A DNA stretch of 64,000 nucleotides from a virus (lineage: Duplodnaviria > Caudoviricetes): IMG/VR virus record IMGVR_UViG_3300014204_000134, positions 1 to 64,000 of that record; one strand, written 5' to 3'. The notes under the pieces were generated by a model. That model was not told the DNA's origin. It worked only from the letters and a program-made list of their open reading frames with translations, and did not search any database. Positions 39,695 to 48,139 of this stretch are shown here, piece by piece. The translations under genes and the position numbers were made by a program. Position 1 is the first letter of the stretch, and each line of letters opens with the position of its first letter.

Positions 39695-39823
39695 ATGAAT
39701 AATTTAAATAAATATAAATTAAGCCTTATTTTCCTAAAAAATTTACTTAATGATAAATTAATTACACAACAAGAATTTGACCTATCAAACAATGATTTAA
39801 AAACAATATATAACGTTAGTTAG
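39695..39823 (+). CDS. SHOCT-like small protein upstream of integrase
   Basis: LKNLLNDKLITQQEFD; SD GAGGTGA. Confidence 0.6.
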   Translation: MNNLNKYKLSLIFLKNLLNDKLITQQEFDLSNNDLKTIYNVS

Positions 39824-39830
39824 TTTCAAT

Positions 39831-39860
39831 AGGAAGAAGTTGCTTATAAAACTTCTTCCT
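39831..39860 (+). terminator. stem-loop terminator
   Basis: AGGAAGAAGT...ACTTCTTCCT followed by a T-rich tract. Confidence 0.6.
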
Positions 39861-39941
39861 AATTTTTGTTTATAATTTGATTCATATTGACTATAACTTT
39901 ATAAAAAAGTATAATTATTTAAAAATTTAGGAAGTGAAAAC

Positions 39942-41636
39942 ATGGAGCTATTAAATTTTCCTAATTATAAATTCAACGATACTATACGAGTTGCAGCATA
40001 TTGTAGAGTATCGTCTGATAGTGAAGATCAAATTAATTCCTTTAATAATCAAAAACAATATTATAATGAATTATTTTTAAAATATAAAAATGTTACATTT
40101 ATAGATTTGTTTGCGGACGAGGGCATTTCAGGTACGAGCACATTAAAAAGACTTGATTTTAATCGTATGATAAAAGATGCCGAAGACAATAAGTTTGATT
40201 TAATATATACAAAAGAAGTATCAAGATTTGCTAGAAATACAATTGATACTTTAAAATATACAAGAAAATTAAAAGAGTTTGGAGTAGGCGTATATTTTGA
40301 AACTGATAATATTTTTACCTTAGATAATGATGGCGAATTAAGACTTACAATAATGGCAACATTGGCGCAGGAAGAAAGCAGAAAAATAAGTATGCGTACT
40401 AAATGGGGTTTAAAACAAGCAATGAAAAAAGGAATTGTTTTTGGTAATGATAAAATATTAGGATTAAATATTGTAGATAAAAAAATTACAATAAATGAAC
40501 AAGAAGCAATTTATATAAAAAATATTTTTCAATGGGTCAAAGAAGGAAAAAGTATTATGGGAATTATAAAACAGTTAAAAATAGATGGATTAAAATGTGG
40601 AAAATTAGGAGGAAAACTTACTCATACTAGTCTTAAACAAATGTTAAGAAACGAAAAATATTGTGGAGATTTAATTCAACATAAAAATATTACTGAAGAT
40701 TATTTAACACATAAAAAGACAAAAAATGAAAATAAAGATTCATTTGTAATAATAAGAAATAATCATCCAGTAATAATTGATCGTAAAACTTGGAATGAAG
40801 TACAATTAATATTAGACGCAAAAGAAGAAAAATTTAAAAACGGGATAGGTTATTCTAAATATGTTTGGGGTGGAAAAATAATTTGTAATTGTTGCGGAGG
40901 CATATATAGAAGGACTTCCTATAAGAATCCAAATGGTAAAAGACATTATATTTGGAAATGTCGTACATCTTCTGAAGAAGGTAAAACAGTTTGTTCAAAT
41001 ACAAGATATATAAGAGAAGACATTCTAGAAAAAATATTAATGGATATATTTAAAAATATCATTTCTAATGATGATAAAAATGAAGTACTACAAAACCTAA
41101 TTAATATATTAGAAAAAAACATTCAAAACTCTAATGTATCTCAAGAAATAGAAACTGTAAAAAAACAATTAAATCAAATACTTATTAAAAAAAGCAAACT
41201 ATTAGATTTATATATGGATGACAATTCTACTTTAACTAAAGAAAATTATAATATTAAAAATGAAGAATATATTAATATTGAAAATGAATTAAAAAACACC
41301 CTTAATGAACTAGAAAATATGAACCAATTAGTAGAAAACAAAAAAAACAAATTAGAAAAATTTTACTTTATTATAAAAAAGAAAATAGAGTTTACTGATT
41401 TTAATAAAGATTTAATTGAAGAGTTTTTAGAAAAAATTGTTGTTAATGAGAACAAATTATTAAAAATATTTTTAATTAATGATAAATATGAAGTAGATTT
41501 ATCAAATAAATATGATGAAAAAATAATCCTAAACCACCATGAAAGGCAGGTTTCATTGCCTAATAGGATTAATTTATATAATATAATGTCATATAATGGT
41601 AATAATTATGACATTGAAATATATCTATATGCATAG
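39942..41636 (+). CDS. large serine recombinase (integrase)
   Basis: AAYCRVSS, DEGISG, SRFARN, AQEESRKIS, recombinase domain, CNCCG Zn ribbon, coiled coil. Confidence 0.95.
   Translation: MELLNFPNYKFNDTIRVAAYCRVSSDSEDQINSFNNQKQYYNELFLKYKNVTFIDLFADEGISGTSTLKRLDFNRMIKDAEDNKFDLIYTKEVSRFARNTIDTLKYTRKLKEFGVGVYFETDNIFTLDNDGELRLTIMATLAQEESRKISMRTKWGLKQAMKKGIVFGNDKILGLNIVDKKITINEQEAIYIKNIFQWVKEGKSIMGIIKQLKIDGLKCGKLGGKLTHTSLKQMLRNEKYCGDLIQHKNITEDYLTHKKTKNENKDSFVIIRNNHPVIIDRKTWNEVQLILDAKEEKFKNGIGYSKYVWGGKIICNCCGGIYRRTSYKNPNGKRHYIWKCRTSSEEGKTVCSNTRYIREDILEKILMDIFKNIISNDDKNEVLQNLINILEKNIQNSNVSQEIETVKKQLNQILIKKSKLLDLYMDDNSTLTKENYNIKNEEYINIENELKNTLNELENMNQLVENKKNKLEKFYFIIKKKIEFTDFNKDLIEEFLEKIVVNENKLLKIFLINDKYEVDLSNKYDEKIILNHHERQVSLPNRINLYNIMSYNGNNYDIEIYLYA
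41525..41570. other. attP candidate A (inside integrase 3' end)
   Basis: AATCCTA-N7-ATGAAA-ggcagg-TTTCAT-N7-TAGGATT, symmetric nested inverted repeats. Confidence 0.45.
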
Positions 41637-41647
41637 ACAATAGAAAT

Positions 41648-41705
41648 ATTTTATATTTGATTATAATAAAGCAAGAATAAATTTTATTATAATCAAATAT
41701 AAAAT
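41648..41705. repeat. 23-bp perfect inverted repeat after integrase (attP candidate B or terminator)
   Basis: ATTTTATATTTGATTATAATAAA-12 nt-TTTATTATAATCAAATATAAAAT. Confidence 0.6.
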
Positions 41706-41838
41706 TTACCTACTTGTTAAAAATAGGTTATTTTTTGTAATTTTTTAATTATTTTATAAATAATTATTGATTATTTAGTTTAAAAAGAATAAAATATAGA
41801 AAGAATATTAAAATGAAAATAAAACGGAGGTGTTCTTT

Positions 41839-43059
41839 ATGGAAGATAAGTTAGAAGGACAAGAGAATCAAGAAGGACAAGGATTGTTTGAGAAATATAC
41901 GGAAGAGAAAAAGGAAAGGGGTAGACCAAAGATTTTGAAGGATGAACCAAAGTTTATTGAAGGTGAAGGATGGGAACTGCACGATATAACTCCTTTATAC
42001 CGTAATGGAGAATTAGTTAAATATTTTTGTTCTGTTCCGATTAATACTCTAGCAGAAATGAGGTTATCAAATAATATTGTTTATAATGAAAAAGTACAAC
42101 GTGGAACTAAATTAGATAATAAGGGTAACATTGTCGAAATATTCCAAAGAAAAAAAGTCAAAGAAATTTATAAAGCATTAGCAGAAGATCGTCTTCATGG
42201 TAGTGTAATTACACTTAATGCTAATAAAGATACGGGAATACAACTAAATTATGATAAAGAAACTGGTGTATTATCAGGAAATAAACCACTTGATCTCTTG
42301 GATGGCAATCATAGAATTAAGGCGATGGTAAAATTTTACAGTGATTATCATAAAGGAAGTAAAAATACTGGAAGTATTAATCCTGAAATGTGGGAAATCC
42401 CACTTGTTATTGAGAATTTAAGCGAGGCAGATAGCTGTGCACTCTTCAGTGAGTATAGCTTAACTCCTCTAAAAGTTTCCAGAACTAGAGGATTATTCCT
42501 AAATGTGTATAATGCTGGAAATATGATTGTAAGACACCTAATGAAAAATGAATTAAGAGGTAGAATTGACTGTATTAATGTAGGATTAAGAAATGAGTAT
42601 GTTGCTACTTTTGGAACACTTACTAATGCTATTAATGCATATCTTCAACCTGCAACACCACAAGAAGCAGAAAATTACAAGAATTATATAAGTGATTTCT
42701 TTAAAATTCTTATAAATACTTTCCCTAGAGCATTTGGAGAAGTATCAAAAGAAGAAAGAAAAGAAGTTAGAAGTAAGTACTTTGTTATCGAACCAATATT
42801 TATGAATGCTTATATATTTTTACTGAAGAATCTTATTGGCAAAGATGATTGGGAGGGTAAAATCAGCAAACTAAAAGATATAATACAAATTGATGGGTGG
42901 TCTGGAGAATTACTATCCAGAGAAAACCCATATTTTGTCAACAACATTACTAGAGGACAAGGAAAAATGGTTTCGACACGTAGTACTAGTAAACTTGTGG
43001 CTGATTCTATAGTGAATTATATCTTGCATGGAGTTTTGACCGATAAACTTGAAGGATAG
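41839..43059 (+). CDS. DndB/DGQHR-like ParB-fold protein
   Basis: VQRG...ITLN...LLDGNHR...LFSE. Confidence 0.6.
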   Translation: MEDKLEGQENQEGQGLFEKYTEEKKERGRPKILKDEPKFIEGEGWELHDITPLYRNGELVKYFCSVPINTLAEMRLSNNIVYNEKVQRGTKLDNKGNIVEIFQRKKVKEIYKALAEDRLHGSVITLNANKDTGIQLNYDKETGVLSGNKPLDLLDGNHRIKAMVKFYSDYHKGSKNTGSINPEMWEIPLVIENLSEADSCALFSEYSLTPLKVSRTRGLFLNVYNAGNMIVRHLMKNELRGRIDCINVGLRNEYVATFGTLTNAINAYLQPATPQEAENYKNYISDFFKILINTFPRAFGEVSKEERKEVRSKYFVIEPIFMNAYIFLLKNLIGKDDWEGKISKLKDIIQIDGWSGELLSRENPYFVNNITRGQGKMVSTRSTSKLVADSIVNYILHGVLTDKLEG

Positions 43060-43064
43060 TAAAA

Positions 43065-43091
43065 AGGGGAGTACCACTTAGGTACTCCCTT
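43065..43091. terminator. terminator between convergent modules
   Basis: GGGAGTACC-actta-GGTACTCCC. Confidence 0.75.
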
Positions 43092-43094
43092 AAA

Positions 43095-44297
43095 TTATAT
43101 TATATTTTTAAATTCTCCTTTAAACCATCTTTCTTTAAATTCATAAAATTGTTCTGGTGTAGTATTACCGTCTTTTTTATAAATTGCATGAAATAAATTA
43201 TGTACTCTATCACAAAGACATACACCAAGAGGATATTTATAATGAATTTCTAAACATTTATTTTCTAATAATTTTAATTCTTCGTCAGTATATTCGTTTA
43301 TAGTTTTATAAGTTAAAAAATCAAGCTCTAAAATTGTTTCTTTAACTATTTCAGCAAAAGAATGTAAATGATGAATTACATTAAATTTTTCACCAGTTAT
43401 AATACATTTATAATTACAATATTTCATACTATCTTTCTTCCATTGTTTAATTTTATTTCTTAAATACTCTAATAAAGGAGTAATACCACCTTTCCAATGT
43501 CGAGACTTATCTCCAGAATAATATTCAACCATACAATAATGACATCCAAATCCATATAATTCTAAGCTTTTTAATGAAACCTTTTGAACACCTTTATCTT
43601 TATGTTTTTCACATATAAATTCATTTGATAAAGAACTTTTAGCATAATTATCTTTATTTACAAGAATTAATCCATGTGCTTTATAACGTTCATCTACATA
43701 ATCAGAATTAAATTTTAATCTTTTGGAAATTGCTTCACTATTACATTTTTTACAAGGATTATCTTGTTTATGTAAATTCCATAATAAAATATCTTGAACA
43801 CCATATTCAGGATGTAAATCACAAATAAAGTTATATTGCAATTTTTGTGTCATTATATTTTTATATTCATATTCATCTAAAAGTAAAGAACAATTTTTAT
43901 TTTTAAACATTTTTACTAATTCTTCATACGGTGTCTTTTTTATATCTGACATTTTCTTTTTATATTGTTCTGTATACATTGAATATTCAACACCATATTT
44001 ATTTAAACAACTTTCTCTATTTTTCTTTGGTTGACAATCCCAACAACAATCTTTTTTAATAGTATTTTTTTCTTTTAAATTTCTATAATTATTATATTTT
44101 TTAACAATTATCGTTTCTTTTCCCTCTTCTAAACAATAATCACATAAGATTTCAATTTCAGCAGTACATCCTTTTGTTACTTCTTCTATTTTTACTTCAA
44201 ACTCATCATCTTTTTTAGTAAATTTATATCCTTTGGATTCATAATGTTTTCTATTTTTCCCACACCATTTAACCATTACAGTTTTACTTTTTAACAT
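43095..44297 (-). CDS. putative HNH homing endonuclease with Zn-binding repeats
   Basis: MLKSKTVMVKW...YESKGY N-domain; WKGGIT; CIITG...IHHL...CLCDRVHNLFH. Confidence 0.75.
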   Translation of the reverse strand: MLKSKTVMVKWCGKNRKHYESKGYKFTKKDDEFEVKIEEVTKGCTAEIEILCDYCLEEGKETIIVKKYNNYRNLKEKNTIKKDCCWDCQPKKNRESCLNKYGVEYSMYTEQYKKKMSDIKKTPYEELVKMFKNKNCSLLLDEYEYKNIMTQKLQYNFICDLHPEYGVQDILLWNLHKQDNPCKKCNSEAISKRLKFNSDYVDERYKAHGLILVNKDNYAKSSLSNEFICEKHKDKGVQKVSLKSLELYGFGCHYCMVEYYSGDKSRHWKGGITPLLEYLRNKIKQWKKDSMKYCNYKCIITGEKFNVIHHLHSFAEIVKETILELDFLTYKTINEYTDEELKLLENKCLEIHYKYPLGVCLCDRVHNLFHAIYKKDGNTTPEQFYEFKERWFKGEFKNII

Positions 44298-44309
44298 CCA
44301 TCAACCATC

Positions 44310-44409
44310 TCCTCACAGCAAATTTACCCCACAGAAAAATAAATAAAAAAGAGAGTGCTCTGTGAGGACAACACTCTCTTTTCTCTAAGCACGACTGATC
44401 GGGTCGTAC
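44310..44409 (-). promoter_or_regulatory. structured RNA leader (hairpin + terminator with anti-SD loop)
   Basis: GTACGAC/GTCGTGC hairpin; AAAAGAGAGTGT/GCACTCTCTTTT terminator; loop TCCTCACAG complementary to CTGTGAGGA at the SD. Confidence 0.65.
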
Positions 44410-44430
44410 AATTTTATATTAATTTAATAT

Positions 44431-44787
44431 TTAACCTTCTGTATTACTATCTGTATTATCTGTAGTAGTTATATTTTTCTTCTGCAACGCATCATAAGAT
44501 TCCATACTTACACCAGCTAAAATCAATCCATTAATACTTGCTAAAAATATATCTAAATTACTAGCTATTTGACCATTAAAATTTAACACAGAGAACAAAA
44601 TGCTCTCACTCAATAATACAACCCATAACTTTGTAGGAAAACTATCTACTTCATATTTAAAATAACTACAAATTTTCTTGAATAATAAATCTAATGCACC
44701 TTTGGAAAACTGAGTTATAACCATAATTGCTGCAACCATTCCTGCTATACTACTTAAGGTTTCTAAAGTAAAAAATTGACCATCCAT
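44431..44787 (-). CDS. holin-like membrane protein
   Basis: Three hydrophobic segments; lysis module. Confidence 0.6.
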   Translation of the reverse strand: MDGQFFTLETLSSIAGMVAAIMVITQFSKGALDLLFKKICSYFKYEVDSFPTKLWVVLLSESILFSVLNFNGQIASNLDIFLASINGLILAGVSMESYDALQKKNITTTDNTDSNTEG

Positions 44788-44812
44788 ATTATAACCTCCT
44801 TATTTAACTACT

Positions 44813-45520
44813 TTATTTTGCCATCCTTGATAGCATTACCCAAAATAACCACTGAGGAGTAGCAAGAGAAACATTACTAATATGTGATTCAGGATTTTGA
44901 ATAAGTGGTTTTCCATTAATGTCTAAAATTTGAGTTAATTTATTAATTGCTTCTGCACCTTTTTGTCCCATCCAATCTTCATAAACGGGCATTGACATAT
45001 CATCACCACCGATTAATAAAATTTCTGTTCTTACATCATTAACAAAATCATCCCAAGTTTTACCATGTTGTTGAAAATAACCTATAGGATCGGTATGATC
45101 TGTTTCATGCCAAGTTTCACTAACCCAAGCATGAGTATTTAGTTGATTAATATTTGTAGGATCAAAACTATATCTAATACAAATATCTACTGTTAACCAT
45201 ATTGTTCTATTCCATGTTTCTTGAAATTTTGTTTCATCGGAAAAATTACACATCTCAATCGACAAGAAACGAATATTAGCAGATTTACAACCATGCCATG
45301 CAGTTAAATTTTCAGGTAATATTTGAGTAATAGAATCATAATCTACAAAATAATGTGCTGAAGCACCACGATCTGCATTATGAAAATATGTATTTTCGTT
45401 AGTATCACTCGCATCAGGAGTTGCAGTTTCATGAATTGTTAAACCAATAGGACTTAAAGTAGTTCCTGAATGATTTAATCCATCTGGTAAAAAATCTTGA
45501 ATTATACTATATCCTTGAAT
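44813..45520 (-). CDS. N-acetylmuramoyl-L-alanine amidase (Amidase_2) endolysin, ATT start
   Basis: LTIHETATP, ASAHYFVD and AWH lie upstream of track start 45265; SIEMC, TH, DHTDP; TAG immediately before ATT; SD AGGTGA. Confidence 0.85.
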   Translation of the reverse strand: MQGYSIIQDFLPDGLNHSGTTLSPIGLTIHETATPDASDTNENTYFHNADRGASAHYFVDYDSITQILPENLTAWHGCKSANIRFLSIEMCNFSDETKFQETWNRTIWLTVDICIRYSFDPTNINQLNTHAWVSETWHETDHTDPIGYFQQHGKTWDDFVNDVRTEILLIGGDDMSMPVYEDWMGQKGAEAINKLTQILDINGKPLIQNPESHISNVSLATPQWLFWVMLSRMAK

Positions 45521-45833
45521 CTAAATCACCTACTTGTTGGTTGGTATTATTTGTAGTTGTATTTATATTATTTTGATTTGTCCCTATAGTTGAAACCCCA
45601 CCATATCCACTATTTCGACTATAATAACTACTAAAACCATAAGCAATAGAACCTACTCCATTAATACCTGCTACATAAAAGGCAATCCCTTTTATTAAAT
45701 CTACATAAACAGCATCTATTGGTTGATTTGTAGCATAACGATATGTTATATATGCAAAACCAATTATAAAACAAATCATTAACCCACTAATTTTCATTTC
45801 ATCTGCTGATAAAAAATTTCTCAATCCATTCAC
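45507..45833 (-). CDS. holin-like membrane protein
   Basis: Two hydrophobic segments; precedes amidase. Confidence 0.6.
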   Translation of the reverse strand: MNGLRNFLSADEMKISGLMICFIIGFAYITYRYATNQPIDAVYVDLIKGIAFYVAGINGVGSIAYGFSSYYSRNSGYGGVSTIGTNQNNINTTTNNTNQQVGDLDSRI

Positions 45834-45845
45834 ATTTTCACCAAC

Positions 45846-46889
45846 TTAATAGTAAACTATAAAAGCACTTTTGTATCCAGCACTCTTTATCTTATCTCTT
45901 AATATTTGTGCATCTATTTTATTTTCACATTTACCAACTTGAACTTTATGATATGAATTAATATAATATATATAAGCATTAAAACCCTTATTAATTAACA
46001 CAGTCTTAGTATTTATAGCATTTTTTTCAATTTTATAATTACCTACTTGTACCCTATAATATTTAGACGAAGGAGGTAGTGGAATAGGGTTTTTAAAATC
46101 TAATTCTATTGCATATGCTTCAAATACATATGGCATATTAAAATCTTTTTCATGTCCTTCAAAAAATTTCTGCGACATAAAATAATGTCCTTTAAGTCCC
46201 CAATCATCTCCCCATGAATTACGAACTTTAACAAAACTAGTTAAGGTTATTCCATCTTTATATGTATAACTTAAATTTTTATTATAAGCTAATCCGAGAG
46301 TTGCATGTCCCCCATCAACAGTGCCTTCTGGCATACATAAAAATCCACCATCTTCAGGATGATAAAAACTAGTAGTTACAATTTGAGCAAAAAGAACTGG
46401 TTGATAATGAGATATAGCATGACAAACTTCGTCCCAAGTTTTAACTAAAGAATATCCTTTAATTTTATAACCTAATGCTTCTTCCAATGCCTTTTGTGGT
46501 ACTTTTGGTAATGGTTTTGACATCATAGAAAAAGGCATTGTTTTTTCTAAACATATTCCTTCTTTTCTTGCAATTTCTAATAATACTTTTGGGTACGTTC
46601 CATCTTCATTAAATTCTCCGTCTTCTTCTTTGGCCCTACAATATCCCTCGCAAACACTAGCAACATCAGGAGCATTATTTATTTTATTTTGTGCAGATAA
46701 AGCACCACAAACTGCTTCACTTACGCAACAAGGCCAAACATCTTGATCAAAAATTGGTGGAAACAAATGCTCTATACTAAATTCGTCTGGTATATTCTGT
46801 AAATGCTCATCTGCTAAAGAAAATTTAATCGGATATTTATGAAGTTTCTTATCATATGGCGAAGGTTTACATTTCCAACTTTTAAACAT
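45846..46889 (-). CDS. papain-like (C1) cysteine peptidase with C-terminal SPOR domain
   Basis: DQDVWPCC, GGHA, VRNSWG...WG...G; YRVQVGNY and HKVQVG SPOR repeats. Confidence 0.8.
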   Translation of the reverse strand: MFKSWKCKPSPYDKKLHKYPIKFSLADEHLQNIPDEFSIEHLFPPIFDQDVWPCCVSEAVCGALSAQNKINNAPDVASVCEGYCRAKEEDGEFNEDGTYPKVLLEIARKEGICLEKTMPFSMMSKPLPKVPQKALEEALGYKIKGYSLVKTWDEVCHAISHYQPVLFAQIVTTSFYHPEDGGFLCMPEGTVDGGHATLGLAYNKNLSYTYKDGITLTSFVKVRNSWGDDWGLKGHYFMSQKFFEGHEKDFNMPYVFEAYAIELDFKNPIPLPPSSKYYRVQVGNYKIEKNAINTKTVLINKGFNAYIYYINSYHKVQVGKCENKIDAQILRDKIKSAGYKSAFIVYY

Positions 46890-46901
46890 TAAATTCCTCC
46901 C

Positions 46902-47324
46902 TTATTTTGCAACTCCCCATGCAGCAGTTCCTAAAATTCCAATTAATCCTATTACTGCAATCACAATCTCCCTTTTATTCCACCCTTTATTTAAATTAAC
47001 TTCCATTTGATTATCATTCTTATCTTTTTTTGTTAAATAATTTAAAAAACTATTACTCATTTGCAATATTGAATCAGTATTTTTGGTCATAATATCTTTA
47101 ATATTATTAAAATTTTCTAAAGATGATTCACTATTTTTCATTAATACTGACTCAATATTTGATTGTGATTTTTCTATACTATCTAAACGTTGATTTGTAA
47201 CAGCAAAATTCTTTTCTAATTCATTAATTTTATCTGTATTTTTTTCAACTTTGATTTCTATTTTTTCAATCTTACATTCTAATTCTTCATTATCCAAAGG
47301 GGACAACAGCATCATTCCTTCCAA
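46902..47324 (-). CDS. XhlA/BhlA-like coiled-coil protein with C-terminal TM
   Basis: Coiled coil then IVIAVIGLIGILGTAAWG. Confidence 0.55.
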   Translation of the reverse strand: MEGMMLLSPLDNEELECKIEKIEIKVEKNTDKINELEKNFAVTNQRLDSIEKSQSNIESVLMKNSESSLENFNNIKDIMTKNTDSILQMSNSFLNYLTKKDKNDNQMEVNLNKGWNKREIVIAVIGLIGILGTAAWGVAK

Positions 47325-47445
47325 TTGAAATTAATCACCCTTTCATGGTATAATAATTTCAACTCCTTTCAATGCACATTATTGATAGGGGAGAGGAGGG
47401 GAGTGGTTGGGTGAAACTGCTCCCCTCTGTTTTGTCGAATAATAT

Positions 47446-47649
47446 TTAATTTTCTTTTTTATCTTCTGTTATTTCTTCTGATATTTTATTTTTACTTTCT
47501 ACTATATTACTTAATTTCATAATTTGAATTTGATATAAAACATTCTGTAAACATAACTCTACTACATTAAAAGGCAATTGACTTTGATTAATTACTTCAC
47601 TAATTTTAGTATTAAATTGGGCAATAAAATCAATATTTTGTTCTGACAT
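47446..47649 (-). CDS. small tail-associated protein
   Basis: SD AAAGGAG + ATG; follows tail gene. Confidence 0.55.
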   Translation of the reverse strand: MSEQNIDFIAQFNTKISEVINQSQLPFNVVELCLQNVLYQIQIMKLSNIVESKNKISEEITEDKKEN

Positions 47650-47684
47650 AAATACTCCTTTCTAAAATATTTTTTATATAAATA

Positions 47685-47713
47685 TTGACATTTTTAGTAT
47701 TATTGTTCATAAT
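47685..47713 (+). promoter_or_regulatory. promoter of the Ig-like moron
   Basis: TTGACA-17-CATAAT. Confidence 0.6.
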
Positions 47714-47736
47714 ATAGTAAAGGGAGGGATTAGATA

Positions 47737-48132
47737 ATGAAAAGAAAATCATTTATTATTTTTATTTTGTTGTTATTGTTTACACTATCTAATATATCTT
47801 TTGCTTTTGCTGATGAAAATGAAACAATAGAATTTCCAACTAAATATGATGTATGGAGTACTAAACCATTTACAGTAAAATTTAATAAACAGTATGATCC
47901 TGCTTCACTGGAAGGAAAAATATATGTTACAGATAAAGATAATAATAATGTTAGAATAAAATATACAATAGAATTATATAATAACTCTATTATAATTGAA
48001 CCAGAAATATATTATCCTAAAAGAGGTTATGATTTGGGTGAATATATATTACACATTGATAAAGGAATTAAAGCAACTGATGGTTCAATTCTAAAACATA
48101 ATATAATTATGAAATTTATTGTTATAAAATAA
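47737..48132 (+). CDS. secreted Ig-like (Big_5-type) protein, moron
   Basis: Signal peptide ending AFA; KPFTVKFN...IIIEP...YILHIDKGIKATDG; antisense to the late operon. Confidence 0.7.
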   Translation: MKRKSFIIFILLLLFTLSNISFAFADENETIEFPTKYDVWSTKPFTVKFNKQYDPASLEGKIYVTDKDNNNVRIKYTIELYNNSIIIEPEIYYPKRGYDLGEYILHIDKGIKATDGSILKHNIIMKFIVIK

Positions 48133-48139
48133 TTATTTA

